A stretch of DNA of 64,000 nt, from the NCBI RefSeq assembly GCF_964355755.1, contig NC_092679.1, positions 774,201-838,200 on the forward strand. The letters run 5' to 3'. Both the position numbers and the translations under genes were made by a program. Position 1 is the stretch's first letter, and each line of letters starts with the position of its first letter. The stretch comes from Antedon mediterranea. Taxonomy: Eukaryota > Animalia > Echinodermata. Positions 61,661 to 64,000 of this stretch are shown in pieces. The notes under the pieces were generated by a model. That model did no database searches, was not told the DNA's origin, and saw only the letters and a list, made by a program, of their open reading frames with translations.

Positions 61661-64000
61661 TAAACCATTGAAAATGAATAACATCTTTGTATTCATAAAA
61701 TAATTGATGGTCTATCAATAAATTTCAGTTTTTTAATTTAAGGATGAATTTAACATTTTAAAAAACTATTAAAACATCACAATCAACACACTTCATTGTT
61801 GTTTTACATTTTGCACTTTCTACTGTTTTGTGCCATTTATTCCTGTCGTGGACCAGGTATGTCTAAATAAGGCAATGAATTGTAACTCCATCTTTGATTT
61901 ACCCAGAGAAATTAATGTCATTCACTGTCAATAATATTAAAAATTATAAACAGTCTATTAATGTTTCTGATCTTATTATCCAAACCTTTCCATTGGGAAA
62001 ACCCTGGGTGCCATTGGGAAAATCCTAAAGGCATAAAACAATCTGTATGAAATGATCCAACAATATTGAACTTTGAATATGTCGTTGAATTGATAAAGTA
62101 AAACAATGCTGAACATTTAGCTGTAGGGATGAATTTTCATTTTGGAGTGTGGGGGAAAATAGTACATGATGTCCACATTGTGTAACAATTTTATTTATTT
62201 TTTTCAGGAAATATTTAATGAGAATGGTACAAAAGATGCATGATGAAAAGTTCAAGAAAAAATATTATTAGTATTATGCTAATTCATTAAAGGTAACATT
62301 TTAAGTGCAAAATACACAAACCATTTGTGGAGAGGGGAATTCAATGAAAACTTCTATTTTTCGAGTTATATCTCACTCTTCGAGGAGAAGGGGCTATTGT
62401 TGGTTTATCCAGGTAAGCTAGGCACGAAATAGACCACCAAATACAGTGAGTATTACTATTGTTTTCTTGTTGTTGTTGATAATTTCTAATATAAAATATC
62501 TATAATATATCAATCATTGTATTACCAAGAAATTCTATTCCTTAAACCTATTTATCGTTCAACTAATTTGTTTTTAGAAAAATTTCTTTGGCCGGGCCAA
62601 ATTGCGTACTTTACAGTATAGTAAAATGTAACAGTAGTAGTATTATTTTCCATAAATTATAAAATGTGCTACAGTATATTTTACAAAATCAATATAAATA
62701 TCAATAGCTTTGAAACTTGACAACAGATGTTATGTACTAACCATAAAACCAATAATTAACTAACACAGAACGATAAATCGAAAGTTGTTGTAAATTGACT
62801 TCTTAGTTATAGATATTGGTCCTTTCAGAACTAGTCTCTGCTGCCTTCAATTCATCTACGTCTTTTTATTGTAAACAAATCCTAAAGACAATGTGCTTTT
62901 GTTTTTATTCATATGGGAAAATTATTATTTACATCACATACCAAAAGTCAGAATAAATTAGCCCTAATCAAATCAAAATGTATTTATTCATTGCATAGCC
63001 AAAAGGTGTGCAACACCTTTTGGCTAAGAAGGCCGAGATAAAAACAATTAATATAATGAATATATAATTTAAAATTTCAGATCTAAAAGTGGATTTACCA
63101 TCAAAACTATATTGATATCCTTTACACAACATAAAGAAGATTGATGGATAATGTTTACAACAACTTTTCACTAAAATGGCCGAGATAAAACAATATAATG
63201 AATATAAATTATAATTTAACATTTCAGATCTAAAAGCAAATTAACTATCCAAAAAATATATTGTATCACATACACAACATATAAAGGATTGATGGATGAT
63301 GTTTACATGTTTGAATCGTTAAACCAAAGGCCAACAGTGATGAGATGATTTTTATCGTAATTACCCTTTGTAATATCAGGTTTCAATATCACTAGTTTGC
63401 TACGGTACATCTTGGTATTTACATTAAAAGTCTTTAGCATAAAATTGACACTAAATTCACATGCATTCAATTCTCGTGTAAATTTGTAAAAAAGTAGCAA
63501 TATTTTGTTATTTGAAATTCCATAAAAAAAACTTGGTAGAGTAAATCTAATAGATCTAAATTTTGTAACATTTTCAATCCAAAATTAGAAATTAGAAACT
63601 AAACATCGGTATATCTAAACAAAATCACAAAACGAATTCCTTGCCATTTAGTTGTAGATTTAAAAGCAATTTTAAATTAGTATCTGATGATAGTCTCATG
63701 AAAAATTCATTTTTTTTTTGCTGGAATCTTGTCAAGGCTTACTCCAGATTCATCAGCAATGTCTTAAAAAAAGTTGAAAGGAATGCTTACGTTAAATATA
63801 GCTCGTACAACGCTGTTTCCCAAGCAAGCCAATTTAAACCGCAAATAAATTCTATGAGACGTCAGCAGCTGTTACAGCTACGCTACCATTAATGGTCTCT
63901 ATCGCTTCAAATTTTTGATGTAAATTGCCTTTTTTTTTGTATTATATTTCTTCTAATTTCTTTCACAATTTTTTCTGCATTACTTAATAATCATTGGATT

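Noticed and set aside
55504-64000. Short ORFs (57768, 60863, 63641 and others) and a more complex segment at about 57500-58480
   Set aside because: No recognisable domains and no consistent exon chain. The segment may be an old transposon remnant or FUT8 regulatory DNA, but I could not define termini or the FUT8 first exon.

Overview
AT-rich, intron-dense animal genomic DNA, probably an invertebrate deuterostome such as an echinoderm (inferred from gene style and a Deu-type SINE). It holds five spliced protein-coding genes: POLR2G/RPB7 (minus strand, runs off the left edge), a sphingosine-1-phosphate phosphatase (plus, 3 exons), a DMAC1/TMEM261-like gene (minus), UNC79 (plus, about 46-47 coding exons, 11176-39442) and FUT8 (minus, 9 coding exons). 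The last 10 kb has no gene I can recognise and is probably FUT8 5' intron or upstream DNA. Introns carry many non-autonomous mobile elements and minisatellites, and I found no transposase ORF. The most unusual structure is a 4.9-kb A-A-A-B-B-B array in a UNC79 intron (12736-17634). It reads as three copies of a 1.6-kb Helentron/HINE-type rolling-circle element, each inserted into the same base of the previous copy. Other highlights: a Ginger-like foldback element with about 19 TTGCGCAA palindromes in UNC79 intron 1, a Kolobok-like insertion whose empty site is visible in the window, a very tight DMAC1/UNC79 head-to-head promoter, and candidate alternative splicing in UNC79. All coordinates were read by eye; family assignments rest on termini and target-site duplications (TSDs), not database searches.
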